A DNA stretch of 64,000 bases from Ostreococcus lucimarinus (Eukaryota): assembly GCA_000092065.1 (NCBI GenBank), contig CP000583.1. One strand, written 5' to 3'. The notes under the pieces were generated by a model, which was given only the letters and a program-made list of their open reading frames with translations, had not been told where the DNA came from and searched no databases. Made by a program: the position numbers and the translations under genes. Shown piece after piece: positions 1 through 11,400 of the stretch; the first letter of the stretch is position 1; each line of letters starts with the position of its first letter.

Positions 1-1990
1 CGACGAGTTCGTCGACGACTTCGCGCACCGCCATACCTTCGGCTCGATTCGGGCCACCGTCTCGCCGCGCTCGCAGGAGCGACTCGACTGCGTCCCGCCG
101 CGCAGCTTTGATCTCGCCCGGTGATATGTAAAGTCCGTCCGTAGCCTGCGCGTCGACGTCTGCGATACCTCGAAGGGTGGAGACATCCACACTTGCCACC
201 ACGAGCGGCGTTCCGCCGAGTTCGCCGATGGCTTTCTTCAACGAATTTTCGTCGAGCGCCTTGTTTTGACTCTTCTCCAACACAGAACCAGTGCGAGCTT
301 CTCCGAATCGTCCGGCATCATCGATGATTTTGATGACTAGCGGTTCACCGATCGCACCACTCGCGACGACGGTGCACGGATCTCGACGACCGTCGCGACT
401 CGGCTCGGCCTCCGCGGGAACCATCTTCGCGAGCTTGGCCTCGAGCGTCGGGTCGGATGTTCTCCACACTAGCTGTCCAACCTCGACCCGGTTGAAATCG
501 ATTTGGTTCGCACCGAACGTAACGGTGTACTCGCCCGCGGTGATGCGGTCGTCGTCTTTACCGCCCACGAGCGCTCGATTGCGATCAAAAATTTCGTAGA
601 CGCGACCGCCCTCCTCCTTCTCTTGCGGCTCGCCTCGATCGATGACGACGCCATCGCCGCGCTTCATCGCCGCGCCGTCGCTCGTGCGTACGACTATCTC
701 ACCGTTCGAGCGTCTGCCGTCCGGCTTGATCACGCGCACGATTTCTCCGAGCAAGACGCCGCGATGCCTTGGGGCTCGTCCGCGAACGAGATTTTGATGC
801 CGCGGTCCCTCCAGGAAACCGCGCGTCAATCCATCGAAATCCGCGTCTTGGCCGCGCGCGAACACTTGCGTGAGTTCCAGTCGCTGCTCTTTCGAGAGCA
901 ATTCGGAGCGCTTCACGTCGCGTCCGCTCTGCATGGCGTCCCACGCCAAGTCCACCGCGCGGCGATACGCCTGCGTGGCGATGGCGACGTACTCTGGACC
1001 TTTCAATCGTCCTTCGATTTTAAAGCACCCCACGCCGGATTCGATGAGCTCGGGCACGAGCTCGACCGCCATTAAATCTTGCGGTGACAACAAATATTTT
1101 ACATCCCCCATCTCGCGCAGCTCGCCGTCGACGACCAATCCGTACGGCATTCGACACGCCTGCGCGCACTGACCGCGATTCGCCGACCGACCGCCCCAGG
1201 CTTCGCTCGAAAAGCACTGTCCACTGTAGCTCACGCACATCGCCCCGTGCACGAACGCCTCGACCTCGACGTCCGGACAGCTCGCTTTCACCGCGGCGAT
1301 GTCCGTCACGCTCAACTCTCGACCGACGACGACGCGCTTGCACCCGAGCTCTCGCGCGAAGCGCGCGCCCTCCGCGCTCGTCACGCTCATCTGCGTCGAC
1401 CCGTGTATGGGCAAATTCGGCGCCGTCTTCCGAATCAACCGCGTCACCCCCACGTCCTGCACGATCACCGCGTCCACGCCCGCGCGCGCCACGCCTCGAA
1501 TCAGCGTTTCCGCCAACCGCAACTCCTCGTCGAACACCAACACGTTCATCGTCACGTACGCTCGCCGCCCGCGCGACTTCACGTACGCCATCACCTCATC
1601 CAGCTCATCCAGCGTAAAATTACTCGCCCGCGCGCGCGCGTTCAGCGCGTCGAGCCCAAAGTACACGCAATCCGCGCCGGTCTCGATCGCCGCGCGCAAC
1701 TGCGGCCATCCGCCCGCCGGCGCGAGCACCTCCGGCTTCGCGCGCGCCGCCGCCGCCGCCGTCCCCTCCTCGCGCGCGGCGTCCTCGCGCGCGGCGTCGC
1801 GCCACGACGTCGACGACGATAACTCGCGCGACTCTCTCAGGTATCGCGCGCCCTTGCGCGCGCCCTCGGCGCGCGCGCGCGGCGTCGTCAACGTTCGCGC
1901 GCCGTCGCGGCGGCGGCGCGCGTTCGCGCCTCGCGTCGCGCGTCGCGCGCGCGGCGCGCCGCCGACGCGCGGCGACGCGTCCGCGAGCAT
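1..1990 (-). CDS. Peptidase U32 family protein (RlhA/YdcP-like long form); 5' end complete, C-terminus runs off the window start
   Basis: Manual minus-strand translation is open from ATG (1990..1988) to position 1 (>660 aa). It is absent from the ORF track because there is no in-window stop. N-terminus reads ...KPEVLAPAGGWPQLRAAIETGADCVYFGLDALNARARASNFTLDELDE... The U32 signature EAFVHGAMCVSYSGQCFSS and ...KIEGRLKGPEYV... are present. An Arg/Ala/Thr-rich N-terminal extension resembles an organellar transit peptide. Confidence 0.7.
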   Translation of the reverse strand, partial: MLADASPRVGGAPRARRATRGANARRRRDGARTLTTPRARAEGARKGARYLRESRELSSSTSWRDAAREDAAREEGTAAAAARAKPEVLAPAGGWPQLRAAIETGADCVYFGLDALNARARASNFTLDELDEVMAYVKSRGRRAYVTMNVLVFDEELRLAETLIRGVARAGVDAVIVQDVGVTRLIRKTAPNLPIHGSTQMSVTSAEGARFARELGCKRVVVGRELSVTDIAAVKASCPDVEVEAFVHGAMCVSYSGQCFSSEAWGGRSANRGQCAQACRMPYGLVVDGELREMGDVKYLLSPQDLMAVELVPELIESGVGCFKIEGRLKGPEYVAIATQAYRRAVDLAWDAMQSGRDVKRSELLSKEQRLELTQVFARGQDADFDGLTRGFLEGPRHQNLVRGRAPRHRGVLLGEIVRVIKPDGRRSNGEIVVRTSDGAAMKRGDGVVIDRGEPQEKEEGGRVYEIFDRNRALVGGKDDDRITAGEYTVTFGANQIDFNRVEVGQLVWRTSDPTLEAKLAKMVPAEAEPSRDGRRDPCTVVASGAIGEPLVIKIIDDAGRFGEARTGSVLEKSQNKALDENSLKKAIGELGGTPLVVASVDVSTLRGIADVDAQATDGLYISPGEIKAARRDAVESLLRARRDGGPNRAEGMAVREVVDELV

Positions 1991-2273
1991 CGCGGCGACG
2001 CGCGCGCGACGTCCTCGCGGCGCGCGCGCGTCGACGGCGCGCGACGCGTCGATGTGGCGTCACTTCGCGGCATGCGCGCGGTGCTCGCGCACGCGCGCGA
2101 CGCGACGCGCGCGCGGCGCGACGTCGCCGCGCACGTGCACGTGCGGGTGCGTCGCCGCGATCGACGCGCGGACGCGCGCGCCGGACGCGCGACGCGCGCG
2201 ACGCGAGAGTGACTGACGACGCGACGGCTCGGCGTCGGCGCAGGATTCGACGACGACCGGCGCGGGGGCGCTC

Positions 2274-3260
2274 GTGGTCGACGCGCTCGTCGATGGACAC
2301 GCGCGGGACGTTCGCGCGGGCGACGCGGCGTCGCGAGCGGTCGTGCGCGCGCGATGGACGCGAGGGCGGGCGCGCGGGACGCCGACGGCGGATGTGGACT
2401 TGGCGGCGACGCGAGGCGAACGCGCGATGACGGATGCGATTCTAGCCGTCGTCGAGCGCGAACGGACGGTGGTGACGACGCGAGACGCGACGCGGGACGC
2501 GACGGCGACGACGACGGGGCGCGGGCGGCGGAGCGGGGCGTTCGGGTACAAGCCGGACGCGGAGGCGAACGCGACGGTGGTTTTGGACTGCGCGAGCAAG
2601 ATACGACGCGCGTACGGCGAAAAGGCGCTGATTCGCGTCGTGCGCGCGCTGCGGCGACACAGAAACGTGTGCTTGGTGGTGACTTTGGGGGTCGGGACGG
2701 CGACGGCGCGCGAGACGTGCGAGGCGGAGGCGTCGTGCGTGGCGACGTGCGAGCCGGCGGAGGGCGACGACGACGGGTCGCGGGCTCGTTTAGACGTAGA
2801 AATCAGACGCGCGTGCGGACGGCGGCGTCGCGAGCGCGAGCGCGTGATCATTAGAGACGACGATTCTCTCGAGTTCGCGCCGTGCGAGGCGGAATCCGTG
2901 GAAGATGCGGTGGCGCGCGCGCTGCGCGTCGGCGACGACGACGCCGAGACGCGCGCCGCGAGGCGTCTCCAAGCCGTCGTCCCGTTCAATCTCGGCGTCA
3001 GTCTCACCGCGGAAGAGCGCGAGGCCAAGCGCAACGTGAAGCTCTCCTACGAGCACCAAGGCGTGCGCGGCGTCGAGGCGTACGACACGGGTGATTTTTT
3101 AGCCTACCTCCCGCCCGACGCCGGCGGCCGCGGCGTCGCCCTCGGCGTCGCCAAGCCCGGTCGCGGTCACATCTATTACGAGCGCGACGCCGCGGACGAA
3201 GACTTAGACGACGACGATCTTCACGTCGACACCGACGACGAGCTCGAGGAGGATTATTAA
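2274..3260 (+). CDS. Hypothetical protein with acidic C-terminus; start uncertain because the N-terminal part lies in a CpG tract
   Basis: The ORF track C-terminal half is non-low-complexity (VVLDCASKIRRAYGEKALIRVV...GHIYYERDAADEDLDDDDL). I recognise no family. Confidence 0.3.
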   Translation: MVDALVDGHARDVRAGDAASRAVVRARWTRGRARGTPTADVDLAATRGERAMTDAILAVVERERTVVTTRDATRDATATTTGRGRRSGAFGYKPDAEANATVVLDCASKIRRAYGEKALIRVVRALRRHRNVCLVVTLGVGTATARETCEAEASCVATCEPAEGDDDGSRARLDVEIRRACGRRRRERERVIIRDDDSLEFAPCEAESVEDAVARALRVGDDDAETRAARRLQAVVPFNLGVSLTAEEREAKRNVKLSYEHQGVRGVEAYDTGDFLAYLPPDAGGRGVALGVAKPGRGHIYYERDAADEDLDDDDLHVDTDDELEEDY

Positions 3261-3601
3261 CGCACCCGCGCCCTCGTCTCTCGCTCTCGCGCTCCCTTCG
3301 CCCCTCGCGCGCTCGGCGTCCGCTCGGAAAGAGCCCATAACTCGCGAGACGCCACCGTCGTTTCGGCGCGCGGCCGACTTTCGCGAAGTCAAGGCGTCGT
3401 AAATCCCCAGCAAAGGCAGTATGGTAATTTTTGCCCGCGCGCGCGCGCGCGCGTCTTCGACCCCCCCGAACCGCCGAACCGACGCGCGGCGTCGCTCGAC
3501 GACACGAAGCGTCGCGAAGGGTCGACTCGACCCTCGCCGCACACCGCGCCGCGCCGCGCCGGCCCGCGCGCGCGCGAGGGCGACGCGAGACGAAACGCGG
3601 C

Positions 3602-5032
3602 ATGGGCGACGGATCCGACGCCGCGCGCGGTCGCGTCGCGCGCGCGTCGCGCCCCGTCGCGCTGTACGCGCTCGCGTGCGGCGCGCTGACGCTCGCGACG
3701 TCGACGTGCGCGTCCGCGGCGACGCGCGCGGCGGGCGCGCCGCGCGGCGCGGCGTTCGCGCTCGCGCACGCGCTCGCGCTCGGACGACTGAGCGGCGCGC
3801 TCGCCGAGCGATGGCCGCCGACGCCGGCGCTCACGGCGCAGACGCTCGCGGGGACGCTGCTGCGAAACGTCCCGGGCGCGCGCGAAGCGATCGGCGGCGC
3901 GGTGCACCGCGACGCGTCGACGCTGGCGAGAGCGTTCGCGCTGGGATTGATATTGGCGCGCGCGGGGCTGGCGCTGGACGCGGCGACGGCGCGACGACGC
4001 GCGCGGGAGGTGGCGACGCTGGCGACGATTCCGGGGACGCTGGAGATGCTGGCGACGACGGCGCTGGGCGCGGCGTTCTTCGAGCTACCGATCGCGACGG
4101 CGTTCGCGCTGGGATTTTTGATGTGCGGGATATCGCTGGCGGTGGTGATTCCGCCGGCGGTGGCGATGAAGCGGACGGGGCTGGGCGTGGAGGCGGGCGT
4201 GCCGGATCTCGTCGTCGCCGCGAGCTCGTTTGACGGAATTCTGTGCATAGTCGGCTTCGGCGTGTGCGGCGGCGTCGTGGCGGCGTCGGGGGGGGGCGGG
4301 GCGAGCGCGATGGCGTGGAAGGTGCCGACGCAACTCGTCGTCGGCGCGCTCGGGGGAGTCGGCGCGGCGGAGTTCGCGACGAGGTCGGGATTGTTGTCCG
4401 CGCCGGGGAATCGCGCGAGCGCGACGTCGGACGCGTCGATGATTTTGTCCGTGGTTTTGTTGATTTTGTTCGCGGCGAAACGGTTGGAAGTGAACGGCGG
4501 AGGAGCGCTGGCGAGCATCGCGTTTTGCGTCGCCGTCTCGAGCGCGTGGAAATCGCGCGGGATGGAGGACGCGCTCAAGGAAACGACGGCGTTTATGAAC
4601 GCGCTGTGGGCCGAGTTCGCGGCGCCGCTTTTGTTCGTCATCATCGGATGCACGCTCGATTTGCACGCGATGACGGGCGACGTCGCGGCGAAGGCGATCG
4701 GAATCATAGCTCTCGGGGGAATTGTGCGAGCGCTCGGTGTCTTTTTGAGTACGGCTGCGAGCGAGTCGATGAATCTTCGCGAGCGAGCGTTCATCGCTCT
4801 CGCATGGACACCCAAGGCGACGATTCAGGCGGCTTTGGCGAACGTGGTTTACGACCAAGCGGTCACCGCTCATGGCGTCGGCTCGCCCGAGGCGCTCGAT
4901 GGCGAAAAGCTTTTACAAACCGCGCTGTTGTCGATTTTAATCACGGCGCCCTTGGGCGCCTGGTGCATCGCCTACTTCGCCCCGCGGCTTTTGAAGCAAG
5001 AGACGAAGCCCGTCGCCATCGCTGTAGCATAG
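3602..5032 (+). CDS. Cation/proton antiporter (CPA/NhaP-like) multi-pass membrane protein
   Basis: Multiple hydrophobic helices (ALGLILARAGLALD, FALGFLMCGISLAVVIPPAVAMKRTGLGVEAGVPDLVVAASSFDGILCIV). First ATG after the CpG tract is at 3602 (MGDGSD...). Confidence 0.5.
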   Translation: MGDGSDAARGRVARASRPVALYALACGALTLATSTCASAATRAAGAPRGAAFALAHALALGRLSGALAERWPPTPALTAQTLAGTLLRNVPGAREAIGGAVHRDASTLARAFALGLILARAGLALDAATARRRAREVATLATIPGTLEMLATTALGAAFFELPIATAFALGFLMCGISLAVVIPPAVAMKRTGLGVEAGVPDLVVAASSFDGILCIVGFGVCGGVVAASGGGGASAMAWKVPTQLVVGALGGVGAAEFATRSGLLSAPGNRASATSDASMILSVVLLILFAAKRLEVNGGGALASIAFCVAVSSAWKSRGMEDALKETTAFMNALWAEFAAPLLFVIIGCTLDLHAMTGDVAAKAIGIIALGGIVRALGVFLSTAASESMNLRERAFIALAWTPKATIQAALANVVYDQAVTAHGVGSPEALDGEKLLQTALLSILITAPLGAWCIAYFAPRLLKQETKPVAIAVA

Positions 5033-5087
5033 TAGGATTAGCAAACGACGTTGCAACAATTCATCATAATTAAAATCTCTTCGCGTA

Positions 5088-6482
5088 TTAAATGTCGATC
5101 GACTCCTTCGTAAAAGCCGGCATTTCGAAGGCGGAGGCGAACGCCTCGACTTCGTCGCGCATGGCGGCCACCTTGGGGTTGTTATCGAGACCTTTCTTCC
5201 AGTCTTTGAGCATCTTTCCATGGCTCTTTTGCACTTCTAAGCACAAATCGGCGGCGCGGGAGAGGAATTCGGCGATTTGCACAAAGTCCGACTCCACGAG
5301 ACCGCGAGACGTCATCGCAGGGGCGCCGATGCGCACGCCACCCGGAGAAAGCGCACTTGCGTCGCCGAACACCGCATTCTTGTTCAAAGTAATGTGCAAA
5401 AGATCGCACAGGTATTCCATCTTGCTCCCAGTCAAACCGAGCGGGCGCAAATCCCAAAGCACCAAGTGGTTATCCGTACCGCCAGTGACGAGGTTGTAGC
5501 CCTTGGACACCAACGTTTCGCCCAACGCTCTGGCGTTCGCCTTAACTTGCTTGATGTACGTCTTGAACTCAGGGGTTTGCGCATACTTGAGCGCGACCGC
5601 CAACGCGCCGATTTGGTGGTTGTGCGGACCGCCTTGCAGCGCTGGAAAGACGGCCATGTTGATGCGCGATTCGTAGTTGTAATCCTTGCCCGTCTTCGCG
5701 TTGACGCCGCGGCGGAAGAAAATCATCCCCGAACGCGGACCGCGAAGAGACTTGTGCGTCGTCGTCGTCACGATGTCACAGTATTCGAACGGTTGTGCTT
5801 GTTCTTCCGCGGCAACCAAACCGGAGATGTGCGCCATATCCATCATCAACATCGCCCCGCACTTGTCGGCAATTTCCCGGAAACGTGCGTAATCCCAATC
5901 TCTCGCGTACGCCGAACCACCGCAAACGATCATCTTCGGTCGGAAATCCATCGCCTTTTCTTCGAGCTTATCGTAATCGATGTACCCAGTCTTCGGGTCC
6001 ACCTTGTACGGCAAAGATTCAAAGAAAATTGACGTCGCCGAAATCTTCTTCCCGTTTGAGTTGTAATATCCGTGCGTCAGGTGTCCACCGCTCGGCAGAT
6101 CCAATCCCATGATTCGATCGTGCGGGTTCAACAACGCCGTGTACACCGCCATATTCGCCGGCGATCCACTGTACGGCTGCACGTTCACCCCCCATTCCTT
6201 CTCGTCCAGGCGATACGCCGCCAACGCTCGCCTCTGGCACAGCGTCTCCACTCGATCGATCACCTCGTTCCCACCGTAATACCTCGCCCCCGGCAACCCT
6301 TCCGAGTATTTATTCGTCAACGCGCTTCCCAGCGCTTCCATCACCGGCGCGGACGTGAAATTCTCGCTCGCGATGAGCTCGATGCCACCGATTTGCCGGC
6401 GCTTTTCGAGTTGAATCAGATCGTACATCTCCTTGTCCGCGCTCTTCAGCGGCGCGAGCGCTTCGGGGAAGACGCGATTCAT
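5088..6482 (-). CDS. SHMT: Serine hydroxymethyltransferase
   Basis: Full-length SHMT, with the PLP-lysine region [34 protein letters not shown] and [14 protein letters not shown]. The ORF-track start is a non-ATG; the first ATG is at 6482 ([12 protein letters not shown]...). Confidence 0.95.
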   Translation of the reverse strand: MNRVFPEALAPLKSADKEMYDLIQLEKRRQIGGIELIASENFTSAPVMEALGSALTNKYSEGLPGARYYGGNEVIDRVETLCQRRALAAYRLDEKEWGVNVQPYSGSPANMAVYTALLNPHDRIMGLDLPSGGHLTHGYYNSNGKKISATSIFFESLPYKVDPKTGYIDYDKLEEKAMDFRPKMIVCGGSAYARDWDYARFREIADKCGAMLMMDMAHISGLVAAEEQAQPFEYCDIVTTTTHKSLRGPRSGMIFFRRGVNAKTGKDYNYESRINMAVFPALQGGPHNHQIGALAVALKYAQTPEFKTYIKQVKANARALGETLVSKGYNLVTGGTDNHLVLWDLRPLGLTGSKMEYLCDLLHITLNKNAVFGDASALSPGGVRIGAPAMTSRGLVESDFVQIAEFLSRAADLCLEVQKSHGKMLKDWKKGLDNNPKVAAMRDEVEAFASAFEMPAFTKESIDI

Positions 6483-6694
6483 GGCGGGCGATGATCGCGA
6501 TGTCAAGCGACGGCGCGCGCGGCGGGAGTCGCGACGCGGGAGTCGCGCGTCGGTGTGACGCGCCGTCGCGGCGCGCGTGTGATTTTAGTAAAAACCCGCG
6601 TGTGGTAAAATCACACTCGCGCGCGCGCCGACGACGAAAGTTTCGCGACGGTTCGGTTGGAAGTTCGATCGTCGCACGCGCGAGCGCGCGCGAC

Positions 6695-6757
6695 GCGAAC
6701 GACGCGAGCGACGCGAGAGCGCGACGCGAGCGACGCGAGCGACGCGAGGGACGCGAG
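6695..6757. repeat. (GACGCGAGC)n 9-mer tandem repeat in the SHMT/GULO-like divergent promoter or 5'UTR
   Basis: gacgcgaacgacgcgagcgacgcgagagcgcgacgcgagcgacgcgagcgacgcgagggacgcgag, directly preceding ATG 6758. Confidence 0.8.
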
Positions 6758-8434
6758 ATGCCGACGCGCGCGGTCGCGGTGGTGCTCGCGGCGACGCTGG
6801 CGGCGCGAGGCGCGCGCGGGGAACACCCTCGGGACGCGAGCAACTGGCAAGGAAAGCACGCGTGCGACGCGGCGGGCAGAGCGGCGAAGCCGCGGTCGGT
6901 GCGCGACGTGTCGGAGGCGGTGTACGCGTCGACGGATGCGCGCGCGAACGGTGCGGGGCACTCGTGGCATTCGGGATTGTTTTGCGCCGCGAACGGCGGG
7001 ACGCGCGTGGACGTGAGCGAGACGCGGGCGGTGCGCGCGGCGGAGCGTTTCGCGCTGGACGAAGGGGCGATGGCGGCGCGCGCGGACGCGGGGATGCTGA
7101 CGAGAGATTTGCTCGATGGGCTCGCGAGACGTGGGTACACGCTGCCGGCGTTTCCGTGGTTCATAGACCAGACGATCGGGGGGGCGATCGCGACGGCGAG
7201 TCACGGGAGCTCGCTCAGAGCGGGATCGCTCTCGTCGCAGATGGTGGCGTGCACGCTTGTCAAGGCAGATGGTTCCGTGGAGCATTTCTCCGAGGGCACG
7301 ACGCCCGCGCCGTTGTTCGACGCGCTGCGCGCGAACATCGGGCGGTTGGGTGTCGTCGTTGACGTCACGCTGCGCGTGGTGAAGAACACGCGAATCACTC
7401 GTAGAAACGAGGACGTGAGTCCCGAGGCGTTCGTCAACGAGATGCGGCGCGTGCAGGACGCGGTGCGAGCGTGCGAGCGCGATTACGCTGGCAACTTTGA
7501 CGCGCAGTGGTCGTGCGCGATGAACAAGCCAGAGGTGCGTGCGCTCGATGAAACCCAGTTTTTCTGGTACATTCCCCTCGGTGAAATGAGTCGCGTGCAC
7601 TTCGAGCGCGAGGAGCCGATGCCTTCGTTTCCTCGATACGACGAGCGAGGGTCGAAGGAGCTTTCCTCGATTTGGTATGGTTCGTTGAGCGGCAATGATT
7701 TGATTCGTGACTCGCCTCGCCGTGTTCGCGATATCACATCTCCTGTGACGCTGATGAGCGCCGACTCGATGGCGGAATCCTGGGCGAGACAATGGAAGCG
7801 CGCGACTCTCGCGAACATCGCCAATAACACAGAAGAACAACGAGATAATTTTTTATCGATGACTGAGCGCCAGTACGAGTTACATCAGCGATACGGGTAC
7901 GAGCAACTTGAAGTCGCGGTGCCGTTAACGAAGGCTGGCGATTGCATGCGCGCGTTCAAGGAGGCCTTGTACGACGACCGGCAGTTGAATTTAGGATTTC
8001 GCTCGCAGGCGTTACTTCGGTTCATCAAACCCGAAAGCGCGTGGCTGTCGCCCGCACATGGGCGACTTGGGTCCTTGTACATCAACATTGAAGATTTCAT
8101 CAAGTATTCCCGCTTGATCGATCGATATGGAAATCCACGCTTTGACGCCGCAGTTAAAATTTTACGCGGGGACTCGTGCGAAGGGAGATTGCACTGGGGG
8201 AAGTTTGGCTTCCCGGAACGCCGAGGGTGCTTTGACGGTGCCAAGGAGTATGGTGTTGCGTTTTGTCACTTCGGCTGTCACGTGCATCGTTTGGATCCCA
8301 CGGGAAAGTTTGCTGGAGATTCAGACGTCTTGCGCTTCGACGGCGTTGATTTCGTACACTGCTGCGGCGATGACGGATTGTTCAAAGAAAGCTCGACGTG
8401 TCGGTGCGCGCTAACGGATCGTCAATCATGCTAG
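6758..8434 (+). CDS. FAD-linked L-gulono-/D-arabinono-1,4-lactone oxidase-like oxidoreductase with N-terminal signal peptide
   Basis: FAD-binding PCMH-type region (GAGHSWHSGLFC...QTIGGAIATASHGSS). ALO C-terminal motif (LHWGKFGFPE). Hydrophobic N-terminus MPTRAVAVVLAATLAARGARG from ATG 6758. The upstream ORF-track extension overlaps the SHMT start and lies in a CpG tract. Confidence 0.75.
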   Translation: MPTRAVAVVLAATLAARGARGEHPRDASNWQGKHACDAAGRAAKPRSVRDVSEAVYASTDARANGAGHSWHSGLFCAANGGTRVDVSETRAVRAAERFALDEGAMAARADAGMLTRDLLDGLARRGYTLPAFPWFIDQTIGGAIATASHGSSLRAGSLSSQMVACTLVKADGSVEHFSEGTTPAPLFDALRANIGRLGVVVDVTLRVVKNTRITRRNEDVSPEAFVNEMRRVQDAVRACERDYAGNFDAQWSCAMNKPEVRALDETQFFWYIPLGEMSRVHFEREEPMPSFPRYDERGSKELSSIWYGSLSGNDLIRDSPRRVRDITSPVTLMSADSMAESWARQWKRATLANIANNTEEQRDNFLSMTERQYELHQRYGYEQLEVAVPLTKAGDCMRAFKEALYDDRQLNLGFRSQALLRFIKPESAWLSPAHGRLGSLYINIEDFIKYSRLIDRYGNPRFDAAVKILRGDSCEGRLHWGKFGFPERRGCFDGAKEYGVAFCHFGCHVHRLDPTGKFAGDSDVLRFDGVDFVHCCGDDGLFKESSTCRCALTDRQSC

Positions 8435-8488
8435 ATATTTGCTAACGTTTCTATGACATGATTTTACTACAGTAATTCCAGTACTCCT

Positions 8489-11400
8489 CTAACGACACAC
8501 GCTCAGCACGCCGTCGCATCTCAAAGTTGCGAATAAACGAGAACTCGACAAGAGCTGGATCGCGCAAAACGGCGTTTGCTCGCCGTACACGGAAAGTGGT
8601 GAAAATCTCGCGACCTTCTCGTTACCTGACGATGTCAAAGCAAACACGCCTATCGTCGCACCGCTCACACTGAATACATCACCCTTGGTGCTCACAGCGA
8701 TGTCTCGAACCTCGTGTTGATGACCTCGAAACGTGCGCACTCGGCCGTCGAAGCGTTTCTTAGCGTCGCCGCGGGTGTCGATCATGCGCACATCCCAAAG
8801 AGCCACAGTCATATCGTCTGAAGCGGTGAGAATTTCGTAAGATTTACTCGATGGCGAGACGATTTTGTTGACGCCACCGTCGTGCGCCTTGACGTCGAAT
8901 ACCACGCCCGACGTTCGTAAATCGAACCCACACATGTATCCGAATCGATTGCTTGCGTACACCAAGCCATCCGTTGATGCATGCAACGCTTCCACCTCGG
9001 TGGCCGATGCGGCGTCGTCATTTGGACACTTGAATTGTCGAAATATTTTACCCGCCCCTGCATCTGCGATGAGGACTCCGCCGTTGGTCGTGCCGCCAGC
9101 AACGTAAGGCGAACCGCGAGCGCCGTCATAGACGCACATCGACTCGAATCCTCCCGCATCTCGCGAGTAAAACTGCCAGATGTGATCGCTATTCGTGTTC
9201 CAGACATGCATGTATCCTTTGTCGTCGCACGAACACGCCCTGGACACGTCACCTTCGTGGTCGTTGACAAAATCGAGAAACATGCTCGCCCTCACCGTAG
9301 CTTCGTGACCTGTGTAGGCTGACATCGCACCGCTCGAGTTTTCGCCCTCCGGACCGCTCGTACGCCACACACGAACGACGTTGTCGCCACGGGACGTCAC
9401 GCCGTTGGTAAGAAAGAGACGTTCATCAGCACTCACAGAAAGCGTTTGCGCCGACGGTCGAGCTATTCGACTGTGAACGCGCCACGACGTCAACGCCGCC
9501 ACATGTAGGCGCCATGGATCGTCGTCGACCGCTCCGGCATTCGCGAGCACGCTCGACATCGTTATCGTTTCAGTTTCATCATCTTCTTCGTGGTCTGACA
9601 CATCGCGTGGAAGCCAACCCCAAGCGCCAGCATTGTTCCTGTCGTTGCTCGAACGCTGATGCCACTCATCGAGGTGGTCGAGGACTGACGGCGCCGACGC
9701 AGTCGAGGCTTTGAAAATAAAAGCTTCAGACTGCGGACCAAGAGACTTCGCTAACGACGCTAAGATGTCGGCTACGAGAACGTGCGCTCCGGACGAAGTG
9801 TCGTCTCGATTGCTCTTTAATGCTTTGCGCAGAACGTCGACGATCCTTCGCAGCGCCACGGGCAACGGCGACGATTTTGCGATGAACGTCAACCCACACG
9901 TCACACGTGCTACTTCTTCTGCGCTGCAGAATTTGGGTTGCAAACATGCGATCAAGACTGGAATGAAAATGCGGTTGAACGTCGCCGCGCCCGTCGCTTT
10001 GCGAAGCGCGCGGAGGACAGCCATATCAAACAACTCGCGCTTCAATGTCGGGCCCTCGGCGTTTAAACAAGCGCTCGGCGCACTCACGGCGCGAAGAACA
10101 AGCGGTACTATCATGTCAATGACGTCCCGACGAGAGGCAACGCCGCACGCTGTCACCACTAAAGAAGACAAACACATCGCCACTTCCATCTCATCTTTCG
10201 CGGCGAGCGGTTTGCCCCCAACGTACGATTCGACTTCCGGGCATATATCGCCTAGGACGAGGTGTGCAACAGTCGGCGAAACTCCCTTGAGCGCGTCATC
10301 AGCGATCATAATCCTTGCCGCGCGCGATTCATGTGCGGTGCGCAAATTTCCAAGGACCATTGCCGCACTGCGGATATCTGTTGAAAACAACACCGAGTCG
10401 CGCACCGCGGAGGCGGCGATTGGCTTCGGCGAGTCCATTAATAGTTTTACCACATCTCGCGCTTCAACAGGCATGCGGTTCAGCCAATATTTCAGAGACT
10501 TGAAAAGCACTTGTGTGCGGTCGATATCATCGAATAAACCGTCACTGATCGACTTCATCGGTGATTTGTTAAAGAGGCCACTCACCGACGACGGCGTGTC
10601 GTCACTGTGCGCGGGACACGGCGCACCGGCGTATATGGCTCCCAATACGCGCCCGAGCGCTCGTAGATCTTTTTCTTGGACATTTCGTAGCGACGGTTCG
10701 GTAATCTTAATGATTGTTTCGACCGCATCGCACAGGTCATCCTCAGTGTTCACTGCTGGAACCGCGCGCGGAATTTCGCCAGCGCTTCGCTTTGGATGCG
10801 GCGCGTGAAAGATACAAAATCGTCCGCTCGATTTGAGCTTGCTCTTTTCGTCATCTCGCACCATGACATTCTTTGCGATAAATGCCGCCCTACCGTATGT
10901 GGCGTAACCAAAAGTCAAATCGATCCATGTGTGTAGATTATCGCTCACCGCTTTCGATTCGAGAGCTTCGCGATGAATTTTGATGAAGTAGTCTGCCGAA
11001 CCTTCGCCAACCTGAGACCAGGATGGCAAGGACAAATCGCGCATATCTTCGTGAATGGACGTGAACACGTTCGGGTTGAGGTAAAAGTCAATCGGTGCCT
11101 CGTCTGGCGACATTTCAAAAAGCCGCGCAATATCCTTGGGATATTCGTCGGCGACAAAGTTCGCTCGAACGACGCGCGCGAGCGTCGAGCGAGGCGTCCT
11201 TCGCGCCAATGCAATGCATGCGCCGAGTTCACTGAGACAATCGTCGCTCACGTGATGCGGCGGCGTCGTGTTTCGGTACGTAAAATCCAACTGTTCGTCC
11301 CCCTTGGTCAGACGCCATTTCGTTTTGCTCAAATCTCGCGCGCCGCGGAGAGAATCCGTCGAGGCGTCGAATGGAAACTCTTTAAAGTCTATCACCCACG

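Noticed and set aside
291-1075. Plus-strand ORFs 291..599 and 503..1075
   Set aside because: They are antisense to the well-supported peptidase U32 coding sequence and have no domain similarity.
2060-4815. Very long Arg/Ala/Ser-rich ORFs on the minus strand (2060..3034, 3004..4815) and similar ORFs at 22993..24990, 32228..34074, 40864..42087 and 56851..58629
   Set aside because: They are composition artefacts of T-poor CpG-rich DNA, where stop codons are rare. They overlap better-supported genes on the other strand or in other frames, have extreme low complexity, and lack any recognisable domain.
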